A DNA stretch of 64,000 nt from an uncultured bacterium (GCA_963801165.1 CAWDDT010000007.1:160001-224000); one strand, 5' to 3'. Shown: positions 11,019-20,938, counted from the stretch's first letter. A program made the numbers and translations. The notes: generated from the sequence alone by a model not told the origin.

Positions 11019-14000
11019 CGTGGCGGACTACGAGTACAGCTTCGATCCCGACGAGCCCAACAACACAGCCGCCGCTGTCTACCGGCTGGCACGGGGCGGC
11101 GGTCCCAAAGTGCTCGACCTGGGGTCGGGGCCGGGCATCGTCGCCGGCTATCTGACTGCTCACGACGGCAAGCAGGTCACCTGTGTCGACGACTCCGCCG
11201 ATGCCCTCGCCGCCGCCCGGGAGCGTGGCGTGGGGCGGGTCGTCGCCGCCGATCTCGCCGACCCCGGCTGGGCGGATGCGATCGCGGGGGAGAGCTTCGA
11301 CGTCATCGTCCTGGCCGACGTTCTCGAGCATCTCGTCGATCCCGCCGCCTTGCTGGCGGTTGTGGAGGAGCGGAGCCTGCTCGCCGACGACGGGTATCTC
11401 GTCGTCTCCATCCCCAATGCCGGCCATGAGGCAGTGCTGGCGGAGTTGATCAACGGCCGCTTTACCTACCAGGACACCGGTCTGCTGGACTCGACGCACC
11501 TGCGGTTCTTCACGCTGGCGAGCGTGCGGGAGTTGCTCGAGCGGTCCGGGTTCTTCATCACCCGGATCGAACGGACACACCGCACCGCCGAACAGACGTC
11601 GCTGGCCGCCCACGACGTGACGCTGCCGCCCGGGCTGCGGGACAGGCTGCTCGAAGCCGCCGCCGAGGCACAGACGTACCAGTTCATCGTGAAGGCGGAA
11701 CGGGCCGATGCCGCCGGCGCGGTCGCGGACTTGCGGGAGCGGCTCGCTGTGACCGAGGCCCGTCTGGCGGAGGCGGAGCGGGTATCGCTTCGGGAGGCGA
11801 CTGCCGAGCTGGCAGCGGCCCGCGACGCCGCCGAGACACGGGCAATGGCGCTCGAAGCCGACGCCGCCGAGGCTCGCCGCGACCGGGCGATCCTCGAACA
11901 ACGGGTAGCCGAACTGGAGGGGGCGCTGGCCCGGGAGCGACGGCTCACCGCCACAGAGCGCAAGCGCGCCGAACAGGCGCTGGCCGAGGCAAAGCATCAA
12001 GCGGGTGGAGCGGACCTCGAGAAGGCACGGCGCGAGATCACCCGGCTCGAGAAGAAGCTCGCCGACGTCTATCAATCACGCACCTGGCGGGTCGGCCGGG
12101 CCGCCTGGTCAGCCTTCCACGTCCCCCGTCGGGTGCTAGGGAGGGGTCGGCCGGCAACCGCGACGACCGTGAAGCCGAACAGAGCGCCGGAGACCGTAGC
12201 CCCCTCCGAAGCTGCCGCCTATGCCCTCGTCGAGAACGTGGCGATGCGATTCAAGTATCAGGCTGCGCTGTCGCGACAGAGGTTCACGGCCGGCGTCAAG
12301 CACATCGCCTTCGCCGTCTTCACAGACGACCTCGGCGCCGGGCGGGGCGACCTGTACACCGCCATCGGGTTGGGGCGTCATCTCGAGAAAATCGGCCACC
12401 AGGTGGTGTATCTGCCCCGGGAGAGCTGGTACGACGTCCCCGACGACACCGACGTCTACGTGGCGATGCTGGAGACCGTGGACGTCACCCGGCTGCCGGC
12501 CGGCATCACCACGGTCGCCTGGGTGCGCAACCAGACCGACGTCTGGCTGGAGCAGCCGTGGCTGACGCTGTTCGACCTGGTGCTGGCGTCGTCGCAGCTC
12601 TCGCTCGATGCGCTGTCTCGCGTCTATCCGGGCCCGACCGGGCTGTTGCCGATCGGCGTCGACACAGAGTTGTTCAGCAGCGGGGCGGATGAGCGAAGCG
12701 GCGTCGTGTCGACGGTGAACCAGTGGGGGAGAGAGCGCGAGGTCTTCGGCTTTCTCAAGGAGAAGGACCCCGACTTCCCGCTGGCGCTGTACGGCCAACA
12801 ACGCGGGATCGCGGCGACACTGGCGCCGTACGCCCGGGGGCCGGTTTCGTTCTTTGCGCTGCCCTCGCTGTATAACCAGGCGCGAATCGTGCTCGACGAT
12901 TTCAACCACACCACCGCCGGGTATGGCAATGTCAACTCGCGGTTGCTCGAAGCGGCGGCCTGTGGCGCCAGGGTGCTCACCAACCGGGCGACCGGGCTGG
13001 AGGCGATGGGTCTCGAGGGCGTCGCGGTGTTCTCGTCGGCGCGAGAGCTTTTCGACCTGATCGACCGGGGTCTGGCGCAACCGGATAAGACCGCCGAAGA
13101 GGTATGCCGGGTCGTCGTCGAGCGCCACAGCTATGAGCAGCGGGCGGTGGAGTTCGTCGCCCGGCTCGACCGGCTGGGCGAGGTCGAGCCGGCGGGCGAC
13201 GCCGTCGTTATCGGCTTCTACCCGGACTACCGGGACAACCCGTTCACCGAGATGCTGTGGGCGGCTCTGCGGGACCGGCGCAGCGTCGCCGTTCCGGTGG
13301 GCGAGCGGCTCAGCTTCACCGGTGTTGTCCGGGCGGCCGAGCATCGCCCGACGGTGTTCCATCTCAACTGGACGGCGCCGATCCTCGGGGGGGCCAAGGA
13401 CGACCACGACCGATTGGTCCGTCACCGCCGGTTCCTCGAAGCGCTCGACGAGATGCACTCGCATGGGATCCCGTCCATTTGGACGGTCCACAACGTGCTG
13501 CCGCACGAGTGCGCCGATCGGGAGTTGGAGGCGCGGCTGCGCCAGGAGATCGCCGACCGGGTCGATGCGGTCCACGTCATGTGTGAGGACACGGTGGCGG
13601 CGTGTGCGAAGTGGTTCGAGATCCCGCAATCGAAGGTGCGGGTGATCCCGCATCCGAGCTACATCGACGTTTACCCCAACCTCGTCGACCGGGACACCGC
13701 CCGGGATGCTCTGGGGTTGCGGTCCGAGGACTTCGTCTACCTGCACCTCGGGCAGATCCGGCCGTACAAGGGCATCGACCGGCTTCTCGACGCCTTCGAG
13801 CGGGTGGCCGGGGTGGATGGTGACGCCCGGCTGCTGCTGGTGGGTAAGCCGGGCCGATTCGAGGGTGTGCGCCAGATCACCGATCGGGCCCGGGCCAACC
13901 CCGGGGTCGTCGCCAGCTTCAACCCCGTCCCCGACGCCGACATCCAGCTCTACATGAACGCCGCCGACGTGGTTGTGCTGCCGCATCAGACGGCGCTCAA

Positions 14001-14262
14001 CAGCGGCGCCTTGCTGCTGGCGTACTCCTTCGCCCGCCCGGTGGTGGCGTCGGCCACGGGCTGCCTGGCGGGCCAGGTAGACGAGACCACCGGCATCCCC
14101 TTCGACTGGGCCGACGGCCCGCTCGCCCTGCAAAACGCCATGCTCGCCGCCAGGGAGCTAGGCCCGGAGCACGGCGCTGCCGCCTACGCCCGGGCCGAAG
14201 AAGCCCACTACCTGAAGATCAGCAAACGGTTCGCCGCACTGGTGGACGAACTGCTCGCGTGA
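11011..14262 (+). CDS. Multidomain protein: SAM methyltransferase, coiled coil, CgeB-like GT-B domain and GT4 domain
   Basis: VLDLGSGPG, DVIVLADVLEHL and GLLDSTHLRFFT motifs; Ala/Glu/Arg coiled coil ending SRTWRVG; NSRLLEAAACG; LGQIRPYKG and SGALLLAYSF. Confidence 0.88.
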   Translation: MSDVADYEYSFDPDEPNNTAAAVYRLARGGGPKVLDLGSGPGIVAGYLTAHDGKQVTCVDDSADALAAARERGVGRVVAADLADPGWADAIAGESFDVIVLADVLEHLVDPAALLAVVEERSLLADDGYLVVSIPNAGHEAVLAELINGRFTYQDTGLLDSTHLRFFTLASVRELLERSGFFITRIERTHRTAEQTSLAAHDVTLPPGLRDRLLEAAAEAQTYQFIVKAERADAAGAVADLRERLAVTEARLAEAERVSLREATAELAAARDAAETRAMALEADAAEARRDRAILEQRVAELEGALARERRLTATERKRAEQALAEAKHQAGGADLEKARREITRLEKKLADVYQSRTWRVGRAAWSAFHVPRRVLGRGRPATATTVKPNRAPETVAPSEAAAYALVENVAMRFKYQAALSRQRFTAGVKHIAFAVFTDDLGAGRGDLYTAIGLGRHLEKIGHQVVYLPRESWYDVPDDTDVYVAMLETVDVTRLPAGITTVAWVRNQTDVWLEQPWLTLFDLVLASSQLSLDALSRVYPGPTGLLPIGVDTELFSSGADERSGVVSTVNQWGREREVFGFLKEKDPDFPLALYGQQRGIAATLAPYARGPVSFFALPSLYNQARIVLDDFNHTTAGYGNVNSRLLEAAACGARVLTNRATGLEAMGLEGVAVFSSARELFDLIDRGLAQPDKTAEEVCRVVVERHSYEQRAVEFVARLDRLGEVEPAGDAVVIGFYPDYRDNPFTEMLWAALRDRRSVAVPVGERLSFTGVVRAAEHRPTVFHLNWTAPILGGAKDDHDRLVRHRRFLEALDEMHSHGIPSIWTVHNVLPHECADRELEARLRQEIADRVDAVHVMCEDTVAACAKWFEIPQSKVRVIPHPSYIDVYPNLVDRDTARDALGLRSEDFVYLHLGQIRPYKGIDRLLDAFERVAGVDGDARLLLVGKPGRFEGVRQITDRARANPGVVASFNPVPDADIQLYMNAADVVVLPHQTALNSGALLLAYSFARPVVASATGCLAGQVDETTGIPFDWADGPLALQNAMLAARELGPEHGAAAYARAEEAHYLKISKRFAALVDELLA

Positions 14263-14328
14263 ACCTCGGCGTCAGAAACCGGAACAGGTTCCGGTCGGCG
14301 ACGCCGGACTGCACACGATGGACGAGGT

Positions 14329-14766
14329 TTATGGGGTGACGTTCCGAGGGTCGACCGTTCGGAGACCGGTGAATCGGGCATAGTCACCATCGGTCGTGAC
14401 CCATTCGCTCCCGGTTTCGATCGCCATCGCGGCAAGATAAGCGTCGGGTACGAGGTTCCCTCGTGCGTGTGCGGTTCGGAGCAGATCGGTGAAGATCGTC
14501 CATTGTCTAGGCCCGGGCTCGACGGTAACAAAGTTGGGTCGTTCGGTGAGCGCGGCAACGAAGCTGAGCGCGTCGTCGAGCGGTGTTGGCGTCTCGAACA
14601 CCCGTGGGTGTGTCGACACGCGGATGAAGCCGCTCAGCGACAACGACGGTGCGCCAAAGAGCGCCGGGCCCGCAACGGCGTCGTCGAGGAATCGACGGCA
14701 CGTGTCGTGGTGGGGGCTGTCGGCTCGGTGGGCATAGACAAGCACATTGACATCGAGCAACCTCAA
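14329..14766 (-). CDS. vapC: VapC-family PIN-domain toxin
   Basis: LLDVNVLVYAH...GNLVPDAYLAAMAIE...VTTDGDYARFTGL. Confidence 0.93.
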   Translation of the reverse strand: MRLLDVNVLVYAHRADSPHHDTCRRFLDDAVAGPALFGAPSLSLSGFIRVSTHPRVFETPTPLDDALSFVAALTERPNFVTVEPGPRQWTIFTDLLRTAHARGNLVPDAYLAAMAIETGSEWVTTDGDYARFTGLRTVDPRNVTP

Positions 14767-14999
14767 CGGCCCTCCATGAGATCGAGCAACGCTGCGGAAT
14801 CATCGAGATCCACTCCGGCACGCAAGCCCGAGCCGGCGAAGAGGGGGAGATCCGCCGCATCGGAGGGCAACTCGGCACGCAGCGAAAGCTGATAGCGCAC
14901 CGCGGTCTCGATGAACGCTGTCAGCGACTCACCATTCTCGGCTGCCACCGCCTTGGCCCGCCGCAGCAACTCATCTTCGATCCGTATCGTCGTCCGCAT
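14763..14999 (-). CDS. vapB: VapB-family ribbon-helix-helix antitoxin
   Basis: MRTTIRIEDELLRRAK...GLRAGVDLDDSAALLDLME; 4-nt overlap with the toxin gene. Confidence 0.9.
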   Translation of the reverse strand: MRTTIRIEDELLRRAKAVAAENGESLTAFIETAVRYQLSLRAELPSDAADLPLFAGSGLRAGVDLDDSAALLDLMEGR

Positions 15000-15006
15000 G
15001 CATCAA

Positions 15007-15035
15007 AGCATCCCAGTGTGACATTTATATGTCAA
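15007..15035 (-). promoter_or_regulatory. Probable promoter and operator of the leftward vapBC pair
   Basis: On the minus strand TTGACA-17 nt-GATGCT lies 7 nt before the ATG at 14999. Inverted repeat TGACAT-TTAT-ATGTCA (15019-15034) overlaps the -35. Confidence 0.65.
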
Positions 15036-15113
15036 GCCTATCGGACCGAGCTTTCTCGAGAACCATGGGTTCGAGTGTCTGTCGTTGCCCCGGTGTATTC
15101 TCATCAGTGAGGA

Positions 15114-15144
15114 CATCATGATGCAGTGGGGATGATGCTATGAT
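15114..15144 (+). promoter_or_regulatory. Probable promoter and operator of the rightward vapBC pair
   Basis: Perfect palindrome CATCATGATG (15114-15123) and extended -10 TGcTATGAT (15136-15144), 6 nt before ATG 15151. Confidence 0.6.
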
Positions 15145-15150
15145 GACGAG

Positions 15151-15408
15151 ATGCGAACGACGATCACGCTGGAGCCCGACGTTGCGGCGAAGGTGCAGGA
15201 TCTGATGCGGGAACGTGGCATCTCGTTCAAGGATGCCGTCAACCAGACCTTGCGATTGGGCTTTGGGCAGAGCAGGCAGGCGCGGTCGTACGAGGTCCCG
15301 GTGCGCAGTCTCGGGCTCAAGGCTGGAATCGACCTGACCAGGGCGCTTCACCTCGCAGCCGAGCTAGAGGACGAGGCCAACCTGCGCGATCTGGAAGAGC
15401 GCAAGTGA
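15151..15408 (+). CDS. vapB: VapB-family ribbon-helix-helix antitoxin
   Basis: MRTTITLEPDVAAKV...GISFKDAVNQTLRLG...DLTRALHLAAELEDE. Confidence 0.9.
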   Translation: MRTTITLEPDVAAKVQDLMRERGISFKDAVNQTLRLGFGQSRQARSYEVPVRSLGLKAGIDLTRALHLAAELEDEANLRDLEERK

Positions 15409-15839
15409 TCGTCCCGGATCTCAACCTGTTGCTCTACGCGATTGACGACAGCTCTCCGCAGCATGATCGGGCGCGCGTGTGGTTGAGCGATGTGATGTCG
15501 GGCACGGAGACCGTCGCGTTCGCTTGGACGGTGCTGCTCGGTTTCATCCGTCTCGCCACCAACCCACGAGTGTTTGCCGATCCGTTGGCGGCGGGAGATG
15601 CCATCGAGATTGCCTCGGGGTGGCTGGAGCAGCCCAATTCGACACTCGTCAATCCGACAGACCGTCACCTGGCGGTCCTCCAGGAGCTGCTCGCGCCGCT
15701 CGGCACCGCTGCGAACCTGACCACCGATGGCCACCTCGCGGCGCTGGCAATCGAGCACGGCGCCGAGATCCACTCGGCCGACACGGATTTCGCCCGGTTC
15801 CCGGGCCTCCGGTGGACGAACCCGCTCGTTGACAGATGA
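15405..15839 (+). CDS. vapC: VapC-family PIN-domain toxin
   Basis: MIVPDLNLLLYA...ANLTTDGHLAALAIEHG...SADTDFARFPGLRWTNPL. Confidence 0.93.
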   Translation: MIVPDLNLLLYAIDDSSPQHDRARVWLSDVMSGTETVAFAWTVLLGFIRLATNPRVFADPLAAGDAIEIASGWLEQPNSTLVNPTDRHLAVLQELLAPLGTAANLTTDGHLAALAIEHGAEIHSADTDFARFPGLRWTNPLVDR

Positions 15840-16342
15840 GGACGCCATGGAAGTACTTGGCGGAATTCATCGCCACCGCGGGATAAACGTTGGAGGTCAG
15901 TCTGATTGGGGTTTCGACGCTGCGGGATCTTGCCGGGTACAGCGGAAATGTTGAGTTTGCCGACTTTGTCGACGAGGCGAGAGCGCTTGTCCACAGCAGT
16001 GACGGGCTGCGACGTCCTGGTCGCGCGACGATGTCGGCGATGTCGGCCAAACGTTGCCACATACCGACCCCGGATCCCGAGGTTCCGGTGCGGGCGCGGG
16101 CTTCACGGGGCTATTCGTGACACGGTGCGCCGTCGTGGACCGAGGCCGGATCCCAAGTCACTGCACCTCAACGGGCAGCCACCGCCACCATCCACATCTC
16201 CCGTACATCAGATCCGGGTGGAAAAACGTCGATGAGCTGCTGATGTGGTCATTGAAGAGAGGTATTGAGTCAGGTACCGGGTCCTATCGCTCGCCCGAGC
16301 GATAGAGTTGTCTGCGAGGGACTTCTTATGTCGGGGAGGTTG

Positions 16343-17443
16343 ATGATGACCGATTTGATGCCGTTGCTGGGGTACGACGCGATTGAGTTTTACGTGGGTA
16401 ACGCCCGCCAGGCCGCTCACTACTACCGCACCGCAATGGGGTTCGACGTCGTCGGCTATGCCGGTCCCGAGACGGGAGTGCGTGATCGCTCGTCTTTCGT
16501 GCTCGAGCAGGGAGCGATCAGGTTCGTCGTCACGGCCGGGCTCGATCCCGATTCGCCGATCGTCCGTCACCAGGCGCTCCACGGCGACGGGGTGAAGGAC
16601 GTGGCGTTCTCGGTTCCAGATGCCGAGGAAGCGCTCCGGGTGGCTGTCGAACGAGGCGCCTCCATCCACCGCGAGCCCGAGTCGCTCGAGGATGAGCACG
16701 GCAAGGTGGTCGTGTCGTCGATACGCGCCTACGGGGACACGATCCATTCGTTCGTTGATCGCTCCAACTACGGGGGCGTCTACCTGCCGGGGTACAACCC
16801 CACCCGGCACTGGAACCCGGCGCTGGGGACCGGCCTGCACACCATCGATCACGTCGTATGCAACGTGGAGCTTGGGGCGATGGACCAGTGGGCCGCCTTC
16901 TACGCCAATATCATGGGCTTCACCCAGCTCCACCATTTCAACGACGAGCAGATCGCCACCGAGTTCACCGCGCTGATGTCGAAGGTGCTCTGGGACGGCA
17001 CCGGCCGTATCAAGCTGCCCATCAACGAGCCCGCCGACGGGAAGCGCAAGTCGCAGATCGAGGAGTTCCTCGACTACTACAAGACGCCGGGTGTCCAACA
17101 CATGGCGCTGGCCACCGATGACATCGTCGAGACCGTGGGTGTGATGCGCGACAACGGCGTGCGGTTCCTGCGGGTGCCGGACACGTACTACGCGGAGCTA
17201 CAGGATCGGCTCGATTGGAGCATGATCGACTCCGACATCGGCCCGCTGGCTGAGCTCGGTGTGCTGGTCGACCAGGACGATGAGGGCTACCTCCTTCAGA
17301 TCTTCACCAAGAACGTCCAGGATCGGCCCACCGTGTTCTACGAGATCATCGAACGGCACGGCTCTACCGGTTTCGGTGTCGGCAACTTCAGGGCGCTTTT
17401 CGAAGCCATCGAACGCGAGCAGGCCGAACGCGGAAACCTGTAG
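16343..17443 (+). CDS. hppD: 4-hydroxyphenylpyruvate dioxygenase
   Basis: EFYVGNARQAA, HGDGVKDVA, IDHVVCNV, KSQIEEFL, GVQHMAL, GYLLQIFT and GFGVGNFRALFEAIEREQ motifs; RBS GGGGAGG. Confidence 0.97.
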   Translation: MMTDLMPLLGYDAIEFYVGNARQAAHYYRTAMGFDVVGYAGPETGVRDRSSFVLEQGAIRFVVTAGLDPDSPIVRHQALHGDGVKDVAFSVPDAEEALRVAVERGASIHREPESLEDEHGKVVVSSIRAYGDTIHSFVDRSNYGGVYLPGYNPTRHWNPALGTGLHTIDHVVCNVELGAMDQWAAFYANIMGFTQLHHFNDEQIATEFTALMSKVLWDGTGRIKLPINEPADGKRKSQIEEFLDYYKTPGVQHMALATDDIVETVGVMRDNGVRFLRVPDTYYAELQDRLDWSMIDSDIGPLAELGVLVDQDDEGYLLQIFTKNVQDRPTVFYEIIERHGSTGFGVGNFRALFEAIEREQAERGNL

Positions 17444-17448
17444 CGACG

Positions 17449-18267
17449 ATGGGGATGAGCAGTGAGATCTGGTCGAGGCTCATTGACTATGCGGGTGTGT
17501 TCCCTCCCGCCGAGCGCACCCTCACCGATGCCCTGACTCGTTATGCGCGGGCGACCGCAGGGCCGGATGGGTGGGTGCTCGGACCGTGTCTGATCCGGGC
17601 GTCGCAGCTCGGACAGCTCGAGCGTCACATGGTGCCGTCCGCACTCGGCATCGTGCTCGACCAACCGGTGAGCGCCGGCACACCGATTCCGATTGCGCAG
17701 GTGGAGACGGTTGCCGTGAGCGGGGGGGTGACCCGCGCCGTACGGCCGGCCTTGGAACTCAGCCCAGTTGTGTACGTGGAGGCGGCAGGCAGGCCCAACC
17801 GGCTGTTTCTCGAAGAGGTGGCCGGCCTCCGGGCGGGCGGCAACGACGTGCGGGCAAAGATCCGCACCGGTGGTAGCTCCGCGGCGTTCTTCCCCACCGT
17901 CGAGGAGGTGGCCGGGTTCATCGAGACCTGTGTGGAGCTTGCCGTCCCGTTCAAGGCGACCGCCGGGCTCCACCATCCCTTCCGGAGCCGGTCCACCGTC
18001 GATGAGGCCACCGAGCACGGCTACATCAACGTGCTGGCTGCGGTCCGGTCGGCGCTTGTGGGCGATGGTGCGGCCTGCCGGATGAGTCTTGAAGAGCATG
18101 ACCCGACCGCGTTCGATGTCACGACCGCCGTCTGGCGGGGCGTGGGCGCCGACGTGGCCGCCAAGACCGTCCGGGAGACATTCCGATCGTTCGGTTCCTG
18201 CAGCTTCAACGAGCCGGTGGGCTACCTGCGGGATCTGGGTGTGTTACCGGTGGAGACGGTGCTGTGA
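17449..18267 (+). CDS. Conserved hypothetical protein of homogentisate operons (LIDYAGxFPP / FKATAGLHH family)
   Basis: LIDYAGVFPPA, AKIRTGG, PFKATAGLHHP, HGYINVL and SFGSCSFNEP motifs; translationally coupled to fahA. Confidence 0.8.
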   Translation: MGMSSEIWSRLIDYAGVFPPAERTLTDALTRYARATAGPDGWVLGPCLIRASQLGQLERHMVPSALGIVLDQPVSAGTPIPIAQVETVAVSGGVTRAVRPALELSPVVYVEAAGRPNRLFLEEVAGLRAGGNDVRAKIRTGGSSAAFFPTVEEVAGFIETCVELAVPFKATAGLHHPFRSRSTVDEATEHGYINVLAAVRSALVGDGAACRMSLEEHDPTAFDVTTAVWRGVGADVAAKTVRETFRSFGSCSFNEPVGYLRDLGVLPVETVL

Positions 18268-19442
18268 CGCCCGACTTCGGGTTGGAGGTGCTGCCTTACT
18301 GCTCGTTCGCCCACCGCGATGACCGGTGGCGCCTCGGAGTGGGCGCCGGTACCGGGGTGGTGGATCTCGACACGCTGGTACGGCGGGGTGCCGTGACGTC
18401 GGTCGATCCGAACCTGCTGACCGGGGGACGGCTCAACCCGCTGCTGGCGGCGGGACGATCGGCCTGGGAGGCGCTCCACGAGGAGCTGGCGGCGACCGTG
18501 GGGGATCATCTCGAGACGGCAGTGCCCGCCGACGAGGTGTCGATGCGTCTCGCCTGGGATGTCGGAGACTTCGTCGATTTCTATGCGTCGCGGTATCACG
18601 CCGAGAATCTGGGCCGTCTGTTCCGGCCCGACGGTGACCCGTTGCTCCCCAACTGGCTGCATATGCCTGTCGGCTACCACGGGCGGGCCGGCACCGTGGT
18701 GGTGAGCGGTACACCCATCCGGCGCCCGTCGGGGCAGAGGAGGACACCGGAGGGCGAGATCGTGGTTGGTCCGAGTGTGCGCCTCGACATCGAGCTGGAG
18801 CTCGGATTCGTGCTCGGAGGGGCGTCGCAGCTGGGCTCACCGGTGCCGATCACCGACGCCGCCGAGCACCTCTTCGGTGTCGTGCTGCTCAACGACTGGT
18901 CTGCCCGCGATATACAGGCGTGGGAATACGTGCCGCTCGGGCCGTTCCTCGGCAAGTCCTTCGCCACCTCGGTGTCCGCCTGGGTGGTGCCGGTGCAGGC
19001 GCTGGACCGGGCGCGTGTTCCCGGTCCGGACCAGACCGATCCCCGGCCGTCCGAATATCTCCGCACCGAAGAACCGTGGGCGTTCGATCTCGACCTCGAG
19101 GTGTGGATGCGGCCGGCAGGTAAAGCTGAGTCGAGCCGCATTGCCACCGTCAGCGCCGCTGAGGCCCTCTACTGGAACGCCGCTCAGCAACTTGCTCATC
19201 TCACCGTCAACGGGGCCAGCGTTCGGTCCGGCGACCTGTTTGGAACTGGCACCGTGTCGGGCCCGCACCAAGCCCAATCCGGCAGCCTTATCGAGCTGAC
19301 CTGGGCTGGTCGATACCCCATCGTCGTTGCCGGTGCAACCAGGACGTTCCTAGAGGATGGCGATGAGATCATTCTCAGAGGTCGCACCGGGTCGGGAGAT
19401 ATTCCGCTTGGCCCGGTGGCCGGCACGGTTGTGAGCAGGTAG
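18264..19442 (+). CDS. fahA: Fumarylacetoacetase
   Basis: DFVDFYASRYHA, PVGYHGRAGTVVVSGT, LDIELELG, NDWSARDIQAWEYVPLGPFLGKSF and GSLIELTW motifs. Confidence 0.96.
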   Translation: MTPDFGLEVLPYCSFAHRDDRWRLGVGAGTGVVDLDTLVRRGAVTSVDPNLLTGGRLNPLLAAGRSAWEALHEELAATVGDHLETAVPADEVSMRLAWDVGDFVDFYASRYHAENLGRLFRPDGDPLLPNWLHMPVGYHGRAGTVVVSGTPIRRPSGQRRTPEGEIVVGPSVRLDIELELGFVLGGASQLGSPVPITDAAEHLFGVVLLNDWSARDIQAWEYVPLGPFLGKSFATSVSAWVVPVQALDRARVPGPDQTDPRPSEYLRTEEPWAFDLDLEVWMRPAGKAESSRIATVSAAEALYWNAAQQLAHLTVNGASVRSGDLFGTGTVSGPHQAQSGSLIELTWAGRYPIVVAGATRTFLEDGDEIILRGRTGSGDIPLGPVAGTVVSR

Positions 19443-19497
19443 GGGGAGTGATGCTGCTCCGACTCGCCCTCGATATCCAAAGAGCAGAGGAGACCAC

Positions 19498-20820
19498 ATG
19501 ACCCGCCAGATGCCACCCGGCGCCGACATCGAGCACCCCGCCTACCTGACCGGTTTTGGCAACCAGTTCGCCAGCGCCGCCGAGCCGGGAGCGCTGCCGG
19601 TCGGTCAGAACAACCCGCAGGAACCGCCGCTTGGCCTCTATACCGAGCAGTTGTCGGGCACGGCGTTCGGGGTTCCCAACCGGCGCAACCGGCGTACGTG
19701 GCTGTACCGGATCCGGCCTTCGGTTCGGCATGCGTGGCGGTTCACCGAGACCGGCAACCACATGATCCGTACCTCCCCGTGCCGCGAGGCAGACCCGCCG
19801 ATCGGCCAGCTCCGCTGGAACCCGCCCGTCTTCCCCGACCAACCGACCACGTTTGTCACGGGTATCCACACCATCGCCACCAACGGCGACGCCCACACCC
19901 AGACCGGTATGGCGGCGCACGTTTACATGGCCACCGAGTCTATGAGCCGGACCTATTTCGCCACCGCCGACGGTGAGATGTTGATCGTGCCGCAGGAAGG
20001 CAGGCTACGGTTCGTCACCGAATGCGGGGTCCTGATCGCCGGCCCCGGTGAGATCGCCGTGATGCCTCGGGGGATGGTTTGGCGGGTCGAGCTGATCGAC
20101 GGTACGGCCCGGGGATACATCTGCGAGAACTATGGCACCTACTTCGAGTTGCCCGAGCGCGGTCCGATCGGCGCCAACGGGCTGGCAAACCCGCGGGACT
20201 TCGAATACCCGACTGCGGCATACGAAGACGTCGAGGAGCCCGGTGAGCTGTTTGTGAAGTTCGACGGGCGGCTGTTCGTCGTCGAGACCGACTATTCGCC
20301 GCTCGACGTGGTCGGCTGGCACGGCAACCACGCCCCCTACCGGTACGACCTGAGCCGGTTCAACGTGATCGGGTCGATAAGCTTCGATCACCCCGACCCC
20401 TCGATCTTCACCGTGCTCACGTCACCGTCGCCCGACGAGGGAATCGCCAACGTGGACTTCGTCGTGTTCACCGACCGCTGGCTGGTCGGCGAGCACACCT
20501 TCCGACCTCCCTACTACCACCGGAACATCATGAGTGAGTTCATGGGCATCGTGTACGGCGTCTACGACGCCAAGGAGGAGGGTTTCAACCCCGGCGGGAT
20601 GAGCCTGCACAACATGTACTTCCCCCATGGGCCGGACCACGACGCCTGGCTGAAGGCCACATCGTCCGACCTTGCTCCCGAGAAACTGGCCGACACTCTG
20701 TCGTTTATGTTCGAGACCCGCTACCCACTGATCCCAACAGCCTATGCCAGCTCGATCCCGGCGCTTCAAGAGGACTACCCCACCGTCTGGCACAAACTCG
20801 AAAGGCACTTCGAAGGGTGA
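19498..20820 (+). CDS. hmgA: Homogentisate 1,2-dioxygenase
   Basis: YLTGFGN, GLYTEQLSGTAF, WLYRIRPS, GPIGANGLANPRDF, DHPDPSIFTVLT, RPPYYHRN and HGPD motifs. Confidence 0.97.
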   Translation: MTRQMPPGADIEHPAYLTGFGNQFASAAEPGALPVGQNNPQEPPLGLYTEQLSGTAFGVPNRRNRRTWLYRIRPSVRHAWRFTETGNHMIRTSPCREADPPIGQLRWNPPVFPDQPTTFVTGIHTIATNGDAHTQTGMAAHVYMATESMSRTYFATADGEMLIVPQEGRLRFVTECGVLIAGPGEIAVMPRGMVWRVELIDGTARGYICENYGTYFELPERGPIGANGLANPRDFEYPTAAYEDVEEPGELFVKFDGRLFVVETDYSPLDVVGWHGNHAPYRYDLSRFNVIGSISFDHPDPSIFTVLTSPSPDEGIANVDFVVFTDRWLVGEHTFRPPYYHRNIMSEFMGIVYGVYDAKEEGFNPGGMSLHNMYFPHGPDHDAWLKATSSDLAPEKLADTLSFMFETRYPLIPTAYASSIPALQEDYPTVWHKLERHFEG

Positions 20821-20938
20821 CCATCTGTTTCGATCCTTCGTGGACGCCCCCGGCCAGCTCGCGAAGATCATGTTCAGGGTCGGGCGGGAGCACGATGGCG
20901 AGGGTCCCGCATCACGGCGAAGTCCGGGTGGCGTGACG

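Noticed and set aside
12136-14133. Long antisense ORFs (also 8531..9913, 45267..46625, 61251..62582, 62629..63987)
   Set aside because: Shadow frames opposite well-supported genes, expected with high GC3.
15840-16340. 500-bp gap that might hold a small gene or ncRNA
   Set aside because: No ORF with recognisable motifs and no convincing RNA structure could be supported.
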